A stretch of 64,000 nucleotides of DNA. Origin: Candidatus Micrarchaeota archaeon (lineage in GTDB: Archaea > Micrarchaeota > Micrarchaeia > Anstonellales > Bilamarchaeaceae). The notes beneath the pieces were generated by a model. The model had not been told where the DNA came from. It worked only from the letters and a program-made list of their open reading frames with translations, and made no database searches. The translations under genes and the position numbers were made by a program. Shown in pieces: positions 21,220 through 30,743 of the stretch. The DNA is taken from the NCBI GenBank assembly GCA_043816005.1, contig JBDRIM010000064.1, positions 13,832-77,831 on the forward strand, in the 5' to 3' direction. Each line of letters begins with the position of its first letter. Positions within the stretch are counted from its first letter, which is position 1.

Positions 21220-21963
21220 ATGAAACGAGCATTTTTGGTTTTGCTAATCCTTTCGATGGTTGTGAGCGCTGCTTTTGATCAGACGTATGCACAACAGATG
21301 CATAGAAATGGTGAATCCTCGATTGAAAAAACGATGGATGTTGCCATTTTTGCAGGGCAGCTTAGTGATGATGCTTTTATAAAAATGGATAACTATTGTA
21401 GATCAACAACAGATGTTGTGTGTAGTATTGATGTAGATAAAAAGATAGTTAAGATAACAGAAAGTTTCTCTCCTGGTGCGTATTATAGCTTCACAGGAGA
21501 TTATGGACTACCAGATACAACATATACGTTGGTAGTAAGCAAAATACCAGTGGATATGTTTGCCAAAAAATTTGAAAAAATACTCGTGGCAACAGACGAA
21601 GCAACGCCTAGTGGAGATAGTGGAATTGTAATTGATCTGCGCGACAAGGTAAAAAATGCAGAATCGGCTGCTTTACTAAAAACATTTTTCGCAAAAATTA
21701 CCTATGTTGTTGAGATGCCATCAGAAATAGAAATTGCTTATGCTGGAAATGTAACAGCTATAGTAAATGGTTCAACAGCAACTTTTGACTTCGTGGCAAT
21801 TTTGGAGGATTCGGAACCAATGGTTATAGTTAGTAAAGAAACCAATTATGGCTATATTGTTGCGATAGTTGGAGTTGTTGCATTGATAGTACTTGCATAT
21901 GCGTTTATAGCATCATCAAGACCAAGACAGACAAAAGAGAGCAAAAGAAGGAATAAAAAATAA
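21220..21963 (+). CDS. exported protein with C-terminal TM anchor
   Basis: Signal peptide; C-terminal TM followed by a basic tail. Confidence 0.7.
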   Translation: MKRAFLVLLILSMVVSAAFDQTYAQQMHRNGESSIEKTMDVAIFAGQLSDDAFIKMDNYCRSTTDVVCSIDVDKKIVKITESFSPGAYYSFTGDYGLPDTTYTLVVSKIPVDMFAKKFEKILVATDEATPSGDSGIVIDLRDKVKNAESAALLKTFFAKITYVVEMPSEIEIAYAGNVTAIVNGSTATFDFVAILEDSEPMVIVSKETNYGYIVAIVGVVALIVLAYAFIASSRPRQTKESKRRNKK

Positions 21964-22029
21964 CAGTAGTTAGAAAAATTCTTTTGTAATGTTCAATAAT
22001 AAAATTTCTATAAGAATTGAGGTGAGAGT

Positions 22030-23070
22030 ATGGCAGGAATTGTCGGCTATGGATCTTATATTCCAGTATTCAGAATCAAAAGTGCAGATATAGCAAAGGT
22101 TTGGGGAGAGGAACCTAACAGAATAGAACGGGGCCTTGGAATAATTGAAAAGGCAGTTGGTGGAATAGATGAAGATGCAGCAACTATTGCCGTTGAAGCG
22201 GCAAAAAATGCACTTCTACGGGCAGGTTTAGAACCAACAAAACTTGGGGCACTTTATGTTGGTAGTGAATCTCACCCATATGCAGTAAAACCAACAGGAA
22301 CAATAGTTGCAGAGGCAATAGGAGCAACACCAAATTTAACATGTGCAGACCTTGAATTTGCATGTAAAGCAGGAACTGCAGGATTGCAGATAGTTATGGC
22401 AATGGTTGACTCCGGAATGATAAAATATGGTATGGCAATCGGCTCTGATACTGCACAAGGAAGGCCTGGAGATGCACTTGAATATTCTGCAGCCTCAGGT
22501 GGTGCTGCATTTATTACTGGAGCTAATAACGAATCAGTTGCAATAATAGAATCAACTTTTTCATATACAACGGATACTCCTGATTTCTGGAGGAGACAGC
22601 ATGCTGATTATCCAACACATGGTGGAAGATTTACTGGGAAGCCAGCGTATTTCAAGCACGTGATTGCAGCAACAGAAGGCCTTCTTCAAAAAACCGGAAC
22701 GAAAGTAACAGATTATGATTATGCAATATTTCACCAGCCAAATGGACGATTTCCAATTGAAGCTGGAAAGAAATTAGGTATACCGATAGAAAAACTAAAA
22801 ACAGGTTTGCTCACTCCAATGATTGGTAATACTTACTCTGGAGCTTCCATGTTGGGTCTTTCGGCAGTTTTGGACGAAGCAAAGGCAGGTAGTAAAATTT
22901 TAGTTACTTCTTATGGTTCAGGTGCTGGAAGCGATTCATTTGCAATCAGTGTAACAGATAAAATAGAAGAGGTTAGAGGGAACGCTCCAACAACAAAAGA
23001 GTATATTGCAAAGAAAAAATACATTGATTATGCGACTTATATCAAATTTAGAAAGAAGATTAAGGGTTAA
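22030..23070 (+). CDS. archaeal hydroxymethylglutaryl-CoA synthase
   Basis: [40 protein letters not shown]. Confidence 0.93.
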   Translation: MAGIVGYGSYIPVFRIKSADIAKVWGEEPNRIERGLGIIEKAVGGIDEDAATIAVEAAKNALLRAGLEPTKLGALYVGSESHPYAVKPTGTIVAEAIGATPNLTCADLEFACKAGTAGLQIVMAMVDSGMIKYGMAIGSDTAQGRPGDALEYSAASGGAAFITGANNESVAIIESTFSYTTDTPDFWRRQHADYPTHGGRFTGKPAYFKHVIAATEGLLQKTGTKVTDYDYAIFHQPNGRFPIEAGKKLGIPIEKLKTGLLTPMIGNTYSGASMLGLSAVLDEAKAGSKILVTSYGSGAGSDSFAISVTDKIEEVRGNAPTTKEYIAKKKYIDYATYIKFRKKIKG

Positions 23071-23186
23071 GAAGAAATAAAAAACTGGCCCGATGAGTTT
23101 TGGTCTGATGAACTCGCTTCGCTCGTTTATTTTGTTCCAGAAATTCCCTGAATCAGACTAATCTAGTAAACATAAAAAAAGAAAAA

Positions 23187-23415
23187 CGGGCCCGATGAGA
23201 TAAGTTCCCCTGTTTCAACGTGGGGGTTGAAACCCTCAAGGGGGCTGGCCCCCTTATGGGATTGAACTCATGACCTTCGCCTCGCACCTTTTTGGTAAAA
23301 AGGTGCGTCCAAAAACGGACTGTTATTTTACCAAAAGATAGGAGAGCGTCGCTTTAGATTCGGAACCTTGTAATAAACTTTTTGATCCGATCTATCCAAG
23401 CTGAGCTACGAGCCC
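23187..23415 (-). tRNA. tRNA-Arg(CCU) with three introns: 22/23 (23354-23391), 37/38 (23283-23338), 58/59 (23202-23261)
   Basis: Spliced 75-nt cloverleaf GGGCTCG-TA-GCTCAGCTTGGATAGAGC-G-ACGCT-CTCCTAA-GGCGA-AGGTC-ATGAG-TTCAAAT-CTCAT-CGGGCCC-G; BHB helices GGAT/ATCT and GTTC/GAAC with 3-nt bulges; 27/43 is an A-A mismatch. Confidence 0.85.
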
Positions 23416-24089
23416 GAGAAATACGTTGTAATCCATTTGGAATACTTTCGCATGTGAATACTATTTTTAGGCGCTATTTCTTTAAACCATTTGTTAAAGT
23501 TTTGAGACCCCTTGAGTCTCATCCATTTACCCGACCGTATGGTAGAGAATCCGTAACTGTTCAAAATTTCAGATAACCAATCTAGAACTTCCGTATTTTT
23601 CAAAGTGATATCTAAAACTGGATAAGGTCGTTTATAGCGTCGGTCATGATCAAAAAAGGTGGATCCATCAGTATCAAAAATACCACGGATAAAAGATCTT
23701 TGTAGATGCCAGGATTTGGGAAATTTATAGATATTGAATGACTTTTTGAAACAGATTGGAAAATCAAAGTTAGCATGAAAAAAATTGAAAATAGTTTCGC
23801 TGTTGATAAGTATATAATAGGTATTGTAATCGTCTCTTTTTTTGTAATATCCATTGACGTGAAAAACAATTTTGAGTAGTTTTTGGATATGTGTTTTATA
23901 GGCTACCTCGGATTTTAAGTTTCCACAAAAACATACTTGTTTTCTTAGCCGTGGTTTACCTGATATTCCTATCCAACCATCACCCAGTAAAATTCCGAAA
24001 ATCTCGACAACCATTGGATTATTAATTTGCGGAAGTCTTGACTTGATGTAGTCTATACGACGATTAGAATGCTTTTCTTCATCCCCCAT
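23406..24089 (-). CDS. free-standing two-motif LAGLIDADG homing endonuclease-like protein
   Basis: EIFGILLGDG and FIRGIFDTDG motifs; the stop codon lies inside the tRNA-Arg(CCU) 5' end. Confidence 0.88.
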   Translation of the reverse strand: MGDEEKHSNRRIDYIKSRLPQINNPMVVEIFGILLGDGWIGISGKPRLRKQVCFCGNLKSEVAYKTHIQKLLKIVFHVNGYYKKRDDYNTYYILINSETIFNFFHANFDFPICFKKSFNIYKFPKSWHLQRSFIRGIFDTDGSTFFDHDRRYKRPYPVLDITLKNTEVLDWLSEILNSYGFSTIRSGKWMRLKGSQNFNKWFKEIAPKNSIHMRKYSKWITTYFSGS

Positions 24090-24169
24090 AAAGGTAAGTA
24101 GAGGAAGATAAATAAAAACCACACTGTAGAGGATAGCCTTTATAACTTTCATCTTTCCAATCTCATCCT

Positions 24170-24931
24170 ATGGTTATGGAACTAAAAGAATTACTTAGCC
24201 GTGCTGTCGAAGAAAGTTTAGAAGATAAAGTAGCAATATCTTTTTCAGGCGGACTTGATTCCACTATAATAGCTGCAATAGCAAAAAAACACTCGCAAGT
24301 AGAACTTTTCACTGCAGGTGTAAAAAATAGTAGTGATATGGAGTATTCGGAAAGAATTGCAAAAGAATGGAACATACAACTGATACCAGTCATTATAAAT
24401 GAACAAAATGCCATCAAAAATTATGGCAACTGCAGTAAACTATTACAATTGGATTTTCTAAGATTGGAAATAATGGTTCCTGTTTATGCGGTCGCAGAAG
24501 CTGCTGCAAAAAAAGGCCATAAAGTATTGCTTTTTGGGACTGCAGCCGAAGAGCTTTTTGTCGGATATGAAAGGTATTATCTTTACAAACAACAAGGAAA
24601 AAATCTTGATGCAATCTTAAAAGAAGAATACAAAAACCTCCCACAAAGAGAAATTGCGTGGGCAAAAAAAGTGTGTAGAGAATTTGGCATTGAGGCAAGA
24701 TTTCCGCTTTATAATAAAGAACTTGCAAAATTTATGTTTTCCATACCTCTCGAAGAAAGAATGGAAGATTACGACTTGAAAAAAGGATTGTTAAGGGAAG
24801 CCGGAAAAATCCTGAATGTTCCAGAACCGGTGCTTAAAAGAAGAAAAAAAGCAATGCAGTATGGTTCTGGAATACATAAGATATTGATGCGCAAAAGAAC
24901 TGAATTAGATAAATTGTATCCACCAGAATAA
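24170..24931 (+). CDS. asparagine synthase C-terminal (PP-loop) domain protein
   Basis: SGGLDS, ELFVGY, EARFP, KKAMQYGSG; no glutaminase domain. Confidence 0.85.
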   Translation: MVMELKELLSRAVEESLEDKVAISFSGGLDSTIIAAIAKKHSQVELFTAGVKNSSDMEYSERIAKEWNIQLIPVIINEQNAIKNYGNCSKLLQLDFLRLEIMVPVYAVAEAAAKKGHKVLLFGTAAEELFVGYERYYLYKQQGKNLDAILKEEYKNLPQREIAWAKKVCREFGIEARFPLYNKELAKFMFSIPLEERMEDYDLKKGLLREAGKILNVPEPVLKRRKKAMQYGSGIHKILMRKRTELDKLYPPE

Positions 24932-24967
24932 CAAAGCTTTTAATAATAAAATTTACTAGTTTATTTC

Positions 24968-25075
24968 ATGGAACCTAGATTATTAGGACTTATACTGCTT
25001 GCTATAATTGTACCAATAATCTGGTGCATACTTACTAGATTAAAGAAGAAAAAACGTAAATCAAAAAGATCATGA
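24968..25075 (+). CDS. 35-aa single-TM peptide with basic tail (below the ORF-track cutoff)
   Basis: MEPRLLGLILLAIIVPIIWCILTRLKKKKRKSKRS*. Confidence 0.5.
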   Translation: MEPRLLGLILLAIIVPIIWCILTRLKKKKRKSKRS

Positions 25076-25903
25076 GCGCATTTTTGCAGCTTTTACTGTG
25101 TTATGAAGAAGCATTGCAACAGTCATCGGACCAACGCCATGTGGGACTGGAGAACAATTGGCTTTCTTAATGACATTTTCATAATCAACATCCCCTTTGA
25201 TTTTGTCACCAACACGAGTTGTACCTACATCTATAACGTATGCGCCTTCTTTTACCATATCTGCTTTTATTAAACCAGGAACACCCGCAGCAGAGATAAG
25301 AATGTCAGCAGTTCTTGTATGCTCAGTAAGATTTTTGGTTTTTGAATGACAGATTGTGACAGTTGCATTTTTTGCAAGAAGCATAAATGATAATGGTTTT
25401 CCAACAACATTTCCACGTCCTATAACAGTGGCATTTTTACCAACAAAATCAACACCATAAAATTCAAGCATTTTTATTACTCCCATAGGAGTAGCTGGCA
25501 TAAATGGTTCTTTAAAACCAAGAAATAGTTGACCTACATTTGTTGATGTCCATCCATCCACATCTTTTTTTGGATCTATCGCTTCCACAACGTCGAAATA
25601 ATTAATGTGTTTTGGAAGAGGGAATTGAACAATAAAACCATCCACAGTATCATCTTTATTGAGTTTATGAACAAGGGCTAGCAAATCTTTTTCGCTTACA
25701 TCATCAGGCATTTTTTCAAGTCTTGATTCGATACCAATTTCTGCTGCTCGTTTCATTTTCTTTTTTACATAAACTTCAGAAGCAGGATCATTTCCGACTA
25801 AAACAATCGCAAGCACTGGTTTTCTTTTTAGCATAGCAAGAGAAATTTTAGCCTCTTCTAGTATGCTTGCTGCAGGTTCTTTGCCAGTAAGAGATTTATA
25901 CAT
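25070..25903 (-). CDS. folD: methylenetetrahydrofolate dehydrogenase/cyclohydrolase
   Basis: VQFPLP, KDVDG, PATPMG, GRGNVVGKP, VPHGVGPMT. Confidence 0.95.
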   Translation of the reverse strand: MYKSLTGKEPAASILEEAKISLAMLKRKPVLAIVLVGNDPASEVYVKKKMKRAAEIGIESRLEKMPDDVSEKDLLALVHKLNKDDTVDGFIVQFPLPKHINYFDVVEAIDPKKDVDGWTSTNVGQLFLGFKEPFMPATPMGVIKMLEFYGVDFVGKNATVIGRGNVVGKPLSFMLLAKNATVTICHSKTKNLTEHTRTADILISAAGVPGLIKADMVKEGAYVIDVGTTRVGDKIKGDVDYENVIKKANCSPVPHGVGPMTVAMLLHNTVKAAKMRS

Positions 25904-25954
25904 AGTATAAATTCACTGTTCTGGTTTATTACCATTTCGCTGGATAAATGTGAC

Positions 25955-26800
25955 ATGATCTGGATAGTTCTTGCCATAAGTGCAGCATTTCTATGGGCAA
26001 CTGGCAATGTCATAAGCAAATACACGCTTTTCAAAATAAATAAGGAAACTACAATGATCGGAATGTTGATAAGCAGTGTAATTACCGTAGCCATAGTTTA
26101 TCTTCTGTTTCCAGTTTCATTTTCAATGATTGCATTGTTAGCAGGTATTTTTTGGTATGGGGCATATTACGCATATTTTAGTGGTTTGAGTGAAAATGAA
26201 GTATCAAAAACATCTGCACTTCTCCTTACCAACCCAATATTCACTGCAATAATTTCAGCAATTATACTTGGAGAAATTTTGGCTCCAATACAATATTTCG
26301 GGATTTTAATCTCTGTTCTTGGTGCAATATTACTCTCTTTTGAAGGTAGGATTTTCAGAAAAGAAGCCTTGATTGTTTTGGCATCAAGTATCATGTTTTC
26401 CATTAGTGATGTTGGATCAAAAATGGCACTTTCTGACGCAGATTCGATTAGCGTGCTTTTTTGGGTAAGAATGGCAGCCATACCAATTTTGATTTTTTTG
26501 GTTTTTGCATGGCGTAAGAAAATAAGTTTTATATCAAAAAAACTTGCAACATTTGCTATAGGAACAGGACTCCTATCTGATGTTGCATCATACTTTTACA
26601 TAGTCGCATGTAGCATTGCATTTGTTTCTTTAGTAACTGCATTCACCACAACCCAGGCATTGTTTGTATTTATTGGTGCTACATTGATAACTAGATTAAA
26701 TTCAAAACTTCTGAAAGAGGAAATAGATAAAAAAAGTTTGATTTTGAAAATCTCTGCTCTCTTTTTACTCATTCTTGGAGTTGTCTTGGTGGCTTTGTAA
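25955..26800 (+). CDS. EamA/DMT family transporter
   Basis: About 10 TM helices in two repeats; ILGE motif. Confidence 0.85.
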   Translation: MIWIVLAISAAFLWATGNVISKYTLFKINKETTMIGMLISSVITVAIVYLLFPVSFSMIALLAGIFWYGAYYAYFSGLSENEVSKTSALLLTNPIFTAIISAIILGEILAPIQYFGILISVLGAILLSFEGRIFRKEALIVLASSIMFSISDVGSKMALSDADSISVLFWVRMAAIPILIFLVFAWRKKISFISKKLATFAIGTGLLSDVASYFYIVACSIAFVSLVTAFTTTQALFVFIGATLITRLNSKLLKEEIDKKSLILKISALFLLILGVVLVAL

Positions 26801-26835
26801 TTTCCTATTTAACTAATAAGGAAGAATTCACTGGA

Positions 26836-26844
26836 TTTAAAAAA
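26836..26844 (+). promoter_or_regulatory. candidate TATA box of tRNA-Ile
   Basis: TTTAAAAAA about 27 nt upstream of the tRNA 5' end. Confidence 0.45.
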
Positions 26845-26870
26845 GTTCGTCAATAGAAGTCTATCTTGTT

Positions 26871-27033
26871 GGGCCTGTAGCTCAGCCAGGTTAGAGCGAC
26901 GGTCTTATATGGCACGATCTAGCACAGTAAGACTGGCTGGTACCTATGAAAGCCGTAGGTCCTGAGTTCAAACTTTTTGGAAAAAAGTTTGACAAAAACT
27001 GATCTTTCCAAATTGGAAATCTCAGCAGGCCCA
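26871..27033 (+). tRNA. tRNA-Ile(UAU) with two introns: 37/38 (26910-26950) and 59/60 (26973-27019)
   Basis: Spliced 75-nt GGGCCTG-TA-GCTCAGCCAGGTTAGAGC-G-ACGGT-CTTATAA-GCCGT-AGGTC-CTGAG-TTCAAAT-CTCAG-CAGGCCC-A; BHB-like junctions. Confidence 0.85.
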
Positions 27034-27331
27034 ATTTTTTATTAATTGTGGGGCTGTGCCCCATACCACCCGAACAGTGTAAGGCATTAAACAAAAACTC
27101 GCCCAGAACGAGTTTCATTTAAACAAAAAACGACAGGCCCAATTTATATTTTAGACACGGGCCATAGCTTTGTTCATGAAATGGGATGGAACCATCTAGC
27201 TGAAACATTAGTTTAATAACCTTTTCTTAAGTCCAAAAATTTTGGCAGAATTTTAAAACCTTTCCCAAAATGCAAAACTTCTCGGCTTTTTTATATGAAC
27301 AATTGTTCAAAGTTACATCGGGAGAGGGGAA

Positions 27332-28906
27332 TTGGCCGTACGGGGTGAGGATATGATCAACATATTCGCCAGGAAAGCCGCAGATAGGAGGAAGGTAGAA
27401 ACTAGAGTGATAGCTTCTATGGAAAAAGCAGGATTCAAGCTGCTTGGTCGGGATGTTCTTTACGAAAAACCGATTGGACGAGTGCTCTATCCAGAAGATG
27501 AATTGATATTCAATCGTGGCCTTGATGGGAAAAAATCTAATTTTTGTGTGTTTGCAAAGTGTGAGATAGACGGAACAGTAGTATTACACCATTACAATCC
27601 TGACCGAAACGGATTTGAATTAAGAAGAGATGAATTCATCAGAAAAACTATTCTACGGCCTGATGCAACAGATGGAGAAATAGCCAGTGCGATAGCAATT
27701 GTCAAAATTGATGCCACAAAAAAAAGACAAAATGAATTTTTCTTTGCACCACACAACCATTTTGGTGCTCTTGCACCACCACATTTTGATGAGAACGGAA
27801 ATAGGATAAAAGCGGGAGCAGTAAAATTTGACGATGGTGTCTCATTTCTGACTGATAATATCAGAAAAGCACTCTTTTATGGGATAGATTATTACTCATT
27901 AACAACACATAATAGTTTCTCCAATAGGGTGTTTGAATTTATGACTTGGGCTGGGCACCTCATTGGTCTTACACCAATTCCCGGTATAGAACTAACCCTT
28001 CCAATGAAAGAACCTAATGGTCCTCATATCCTTGTATGGATGAAGAATGCAAGAGTAGCAAGAAGAATACGTAGAGACATACTAGAAAAGGGAACACGTC
28101 TTGATATGCCAGCATACTTTGTGGGAATGTCAATGGACAGGATACTTGAAATTTTATTTGAATATCAAAAACACAATTTATTGGCGCTTGGAATAGCGCA
28201 TCCGATTAATTTCAACTCACCAACACTCCCTGTTCCAATAGTTGGATTATATTCAGCAGTAGATACTGGGGCAACGATTAATGAGGAATGGGCTACTCTT
28301 GAAGCAGTTGAGAGAATTGCAAAAAGATTTGATTCTGTAGCTATGTGGAATACAAGCCTTTATGGAAAAGCAAAGGAAGTCCGAGTTGGAAATGACCATC
28401 TTAAAAATTATTTAAGACATGTTAATAGGGTGCACGTTGGCAATCGTAGGCTTTGGGCAAACCAAACAAATTTTGCATTAGCACAGGATCTTAGCAAAAA
28501 ATATGGTCTTCACACACATTTTGAAACAGATGAACATGCAACATTGCCTTTCTTAGATAGCCGGATAGGGGGATATGTAATTGGCGGAGATAGTCTTGGT
28601 ATGGGGATGACTGTAATTGAATTACCAGAAACAAGAACAAATTGGAAAAAACCAACACCGAGTGAACTTATAGATTTGATTCGTAGTAAAGCAGTTGAGA
28701 TGTATGGGTATGTTTTTGCAGTGAAACGAGCTGAGGCAATGACAATACACGCTGAAAGAGGAACAATTCCAGAAGAATTGAAACCTGTCAAAAGAAGATA
28801 TAATATCATGAAAACATTGAGGTATGCAGGTATGCTAATCAAAGATTTGATGGTGTTTGCGTTTGAAGGGCATGAAGAAAGAATAGAAAACATGCCAGGA
28901 GATTAA
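27332..28906 (+). CDS. PHP-domain (metal-dependent phosphoesterase-like) protein
   Basis: HNH, DDG, TTHN, GIE, H, AHP and TDEH pattern of PHP metal ligands. Confidence 0.65.
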   Translation: MAVRGEDMINIFARKAADRRKVETRVIASMEKAGFKLLGRDVLYEKPIGRVLYPEDELIFNRGLDGKKSNFCVFAKCEIDGTVVLHHYNPDRNGFELRRDEFIRKTILRPDATDGEIASAIAIVKIDATKKRQNEFFFAPHNHFGALAPPHFDENGNRIKAGAVKFDDGVSFLTDNIRKALFYGIDYYSLTTHNSFSNRVFEFMTWAGHLIGLTPIPGIELTLPMKEPNGPHILVWMKNARVARRIRRDILEKGTRLDMPAYFVGMSMDRILEILFEYQKHNLLALGIAHPINFNSPTLPVPIVGLYSAVDTGATINEEWATLEAVERIAKRFDSVAMWNTSLYGKAKEVRVGNDHLKNYLRHVNRVHVGNRRLWANQTNFALAQDLSKKYGLHTHFETDEHATLPFLDSRIGGYVIGGDSLGMGMTVIELPETRTNWKKPTPSELIDLIRSKAVEMYGYVFAVKRAEAMTIHAERGTIPEELKPVKRRYNIMKTLRYAGMLIKDLMVFAFEGHEERIENMPGD

Positions 28907-28983
28907 GAAATTGGTTTAAATTACTTATCAATCAAATTCATGGTTACCAATTTTGGCTAATGATTATTCTTCTAGGTGATGAT

Positions 28984-29229
28984 ATGGAATTAAAAGAAGT
29001 AAGTGAACTGTTAGGCGATCTTGCTAATGATAATGGTATTCCTAAGAATATAAGACGAGCACTTTCAGAGGCTAAAACACGCATTGATAGTGATGAAGAA
29101 AATAATGTGAAGATTAGTGCTGCTATTTACATTATCGAAGGAATAACAGAAGACATAAATATGCCGGCTCATGCAAGAACTCAGATATGGGCTGTTATAA
29201 GTGCACTTGAAAGTCAAAATGAAAGATAG
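28984..29229 (+). CDS. UPF0147 family protein
   Basis: DNGIPKNIRR...DINMPAHARTQIW signature. Confidence 0.9.
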   Translation: MELKEVSELLGDLANDNGIPKNIRRALSEAKTRIDSDEENNVKISAAIYIIEGITEDINMPAHARTQIWAVISALESQNER

Positions 29230-29241
29230 TAGGCGAGGGGG

Positions 29242-30672
29242 ATGCATAACGAATTAACTGCAAATGGAATTAGACTTACAATGGATGCAGAAGATTTTTT
29301 GAATGCCAATCCTTCAGATGAGCTAATACAAAAGATAATTGGATTAGAAAAACCGCTTATATCAAAGGATGACATAGAAAGCCTGATTAAACAGAAAAAA
29401 GAACAAAAGATAGAGATAATAAAAGCACCTGAGTTCAAACCATTGGCAAAGGAATATTCCCCTGACATAAAAATTAATCATACCTTAGACGTTACTGGAA
29501 AATCAAGAACAAAAGGCGAAGTAGATAATTTTATTGCACATTTTAGGAATAGATTTACAAGGATATCTAAAATGTTGAGAAGAAGTAATTCTGTCATGAC
29601 AACAGAACTCGCTGACGTAAGAAAGCACCTTAATGAAAGAGTAAGAATTATAGTTTTCATATCAGAAAAAAAAGAAACAAAAAAGGGCAACCTACTTTTT
29701 GAAGTAGAAGATATGACAGGCACATTCAAAGTTGTCATATCATCATCAAAATTCAATGAAAAGGTCATGGATAAAGCAAAATTCGTTATTCTGGATGACA
29801 TAGTTGCAATTACGGGTAAAGTGCTTGAACCATATATTATTGCAGAGGATGTAGAATGGCCAGATCTGCCAGTTATAAGAGAGAAAAAGAAAACAGAAAA
29901 TGATGTTGCAGTAGCATATCTTTCAGATATACATTTTGGAAGCAGATATTTTCTTGATAAATACTTGAAGGGATTTGTTGATTGGCTTCATGGTAAAGGT
30001 GAGGAAAAAAAACTGGCTGGTAAAGTAAAGTATATAGCCATCGCAGGAGATATTGTTGATGGTATAGGGATCTATCCGAATCAGGAAAAGGAATTGCTTG
30101 TGAAAGACGTTTTCCAACAATATAAAATGTTCGATGATTTTATTGAAGATCTTCCAGATTATATAGAAGTGATAGTTGGTCCTGGGAATCATGATGCAGT
30201 ACGAAGAGGAGAACCACAACCAGCTATAGGTACGGAATACATCACATCTAAGGTTACAAGAATAGGAAATCCATCCTCCTTCACAATAGATGGAATAAAA
30301 CATCTATTATACCATGGAACTTCAATAGATTCAATGATCGCAAATATCCCACAAACAACTTATGTACATCCAGAAAAAGTTATGGTGGAGTACCTCAAAC
30401 GACGTCATCTCTCTCCTATTTATGGTGGTAATTTGATAATTCCAGAAAATACAGATTACATGATAATAGATGATCCCCCGGATGTTTTCCATTGTGGACA
30501 TGTTCACAAAAACGGATATACGCAATATCGCGGAACGTTAGTGATAAATTCGGGTACATTCCAGGACAGAACAGATTTTCAAGTAAAGCAAGGACACGTA
30601 CCAACTCCAGCGTTAGTGCCAGTTTACGAAATGAAACATGGAAGACTCCACACACTCGATTTTAAATCATAA
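29242..30672 (+). CDS. DNA polymerase D small (proofreading) subunit DP1
   Basis: OB fold; SDIHFGS, AGDIVDGIGIYP, GNHD, YHG, RRHLSP, GHVH. Confidence 0.95.
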   Translation: MHNELTANGIRLTMDAEDFLNANPSDELIQKIIGLEKPLISKDDIESLIKQKKEQKIEIIKAPEFKPLAKEYSPDIKINHTLDVTGKSRTKGEVDNFIAHFRNRFTRISKMLRRSNSVMTTELADVRKHLNERVRIIVFISEKKETKKGNLLFEVEDMTGTFKVVISSSKFNEKVMDKAKFVILDDIVAITGKVLEPYIIAEDVEWPDLPVIREKKKTENDVAVAYLSDIHFGSRYFLDKYLKGFVDWLHGKGEEKKLAGKVKYIAIAGDIVDGIGIYPNQEKELLVKDVFQQYKMFDDFIEDLPDYIEVIVGPGNHDAVRRGEPQPAIGTEYITSKVTRIGNPSSFTIDGIKHLLYHGTSIDSMIANIPQTTYVHPEKVMVEYLKRRHLSPIYGGNLIIPENTDYMIIDDPPDVFHCGHVHKNGYTQYRGTLVINSGTFQDRTDFQVKQGHVPTPALVPVYEMKHGRLHTLDFKS

Positions 30673-30743
30673 GAGGGAATTTAAGGAATGTTTATAAAGT
30701 TAAACTGCAAATCGCTTATAGAACATTTATTTGTGGTGATTGA

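Noticed and set aside
23104..23160. Hammerhead ribozyme or C/D-box sRNA (CTGATGA...GAAA...TC; TGATGA...CTGA)
   Set aside because: Stems I and II do not pair properly, and the homologous copy at ~42460 lacks CTGATGA
23406..24152. LAGLIDADG ORFs as cargo of a giant tRNA intron or an intein
   Set aside because: No upstream tRNA exon and no intein splicing motifs found; both tRNAs are complete without them
26910..26950. Two tandem introns at 37/38 in tRNA-Ile (both halves start TGGC; TAAG can pair with CTTA)
   Set aside because: The whole 41 nt folds as a single hairpin intron; the tandem model cannot be excluded but is not needed
27159..27205. Possible extra tRNA or split-tRNA half starting GGGCCATAGCT
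   Set aside because: No D-arm, T-arm or acceptor complement could be built
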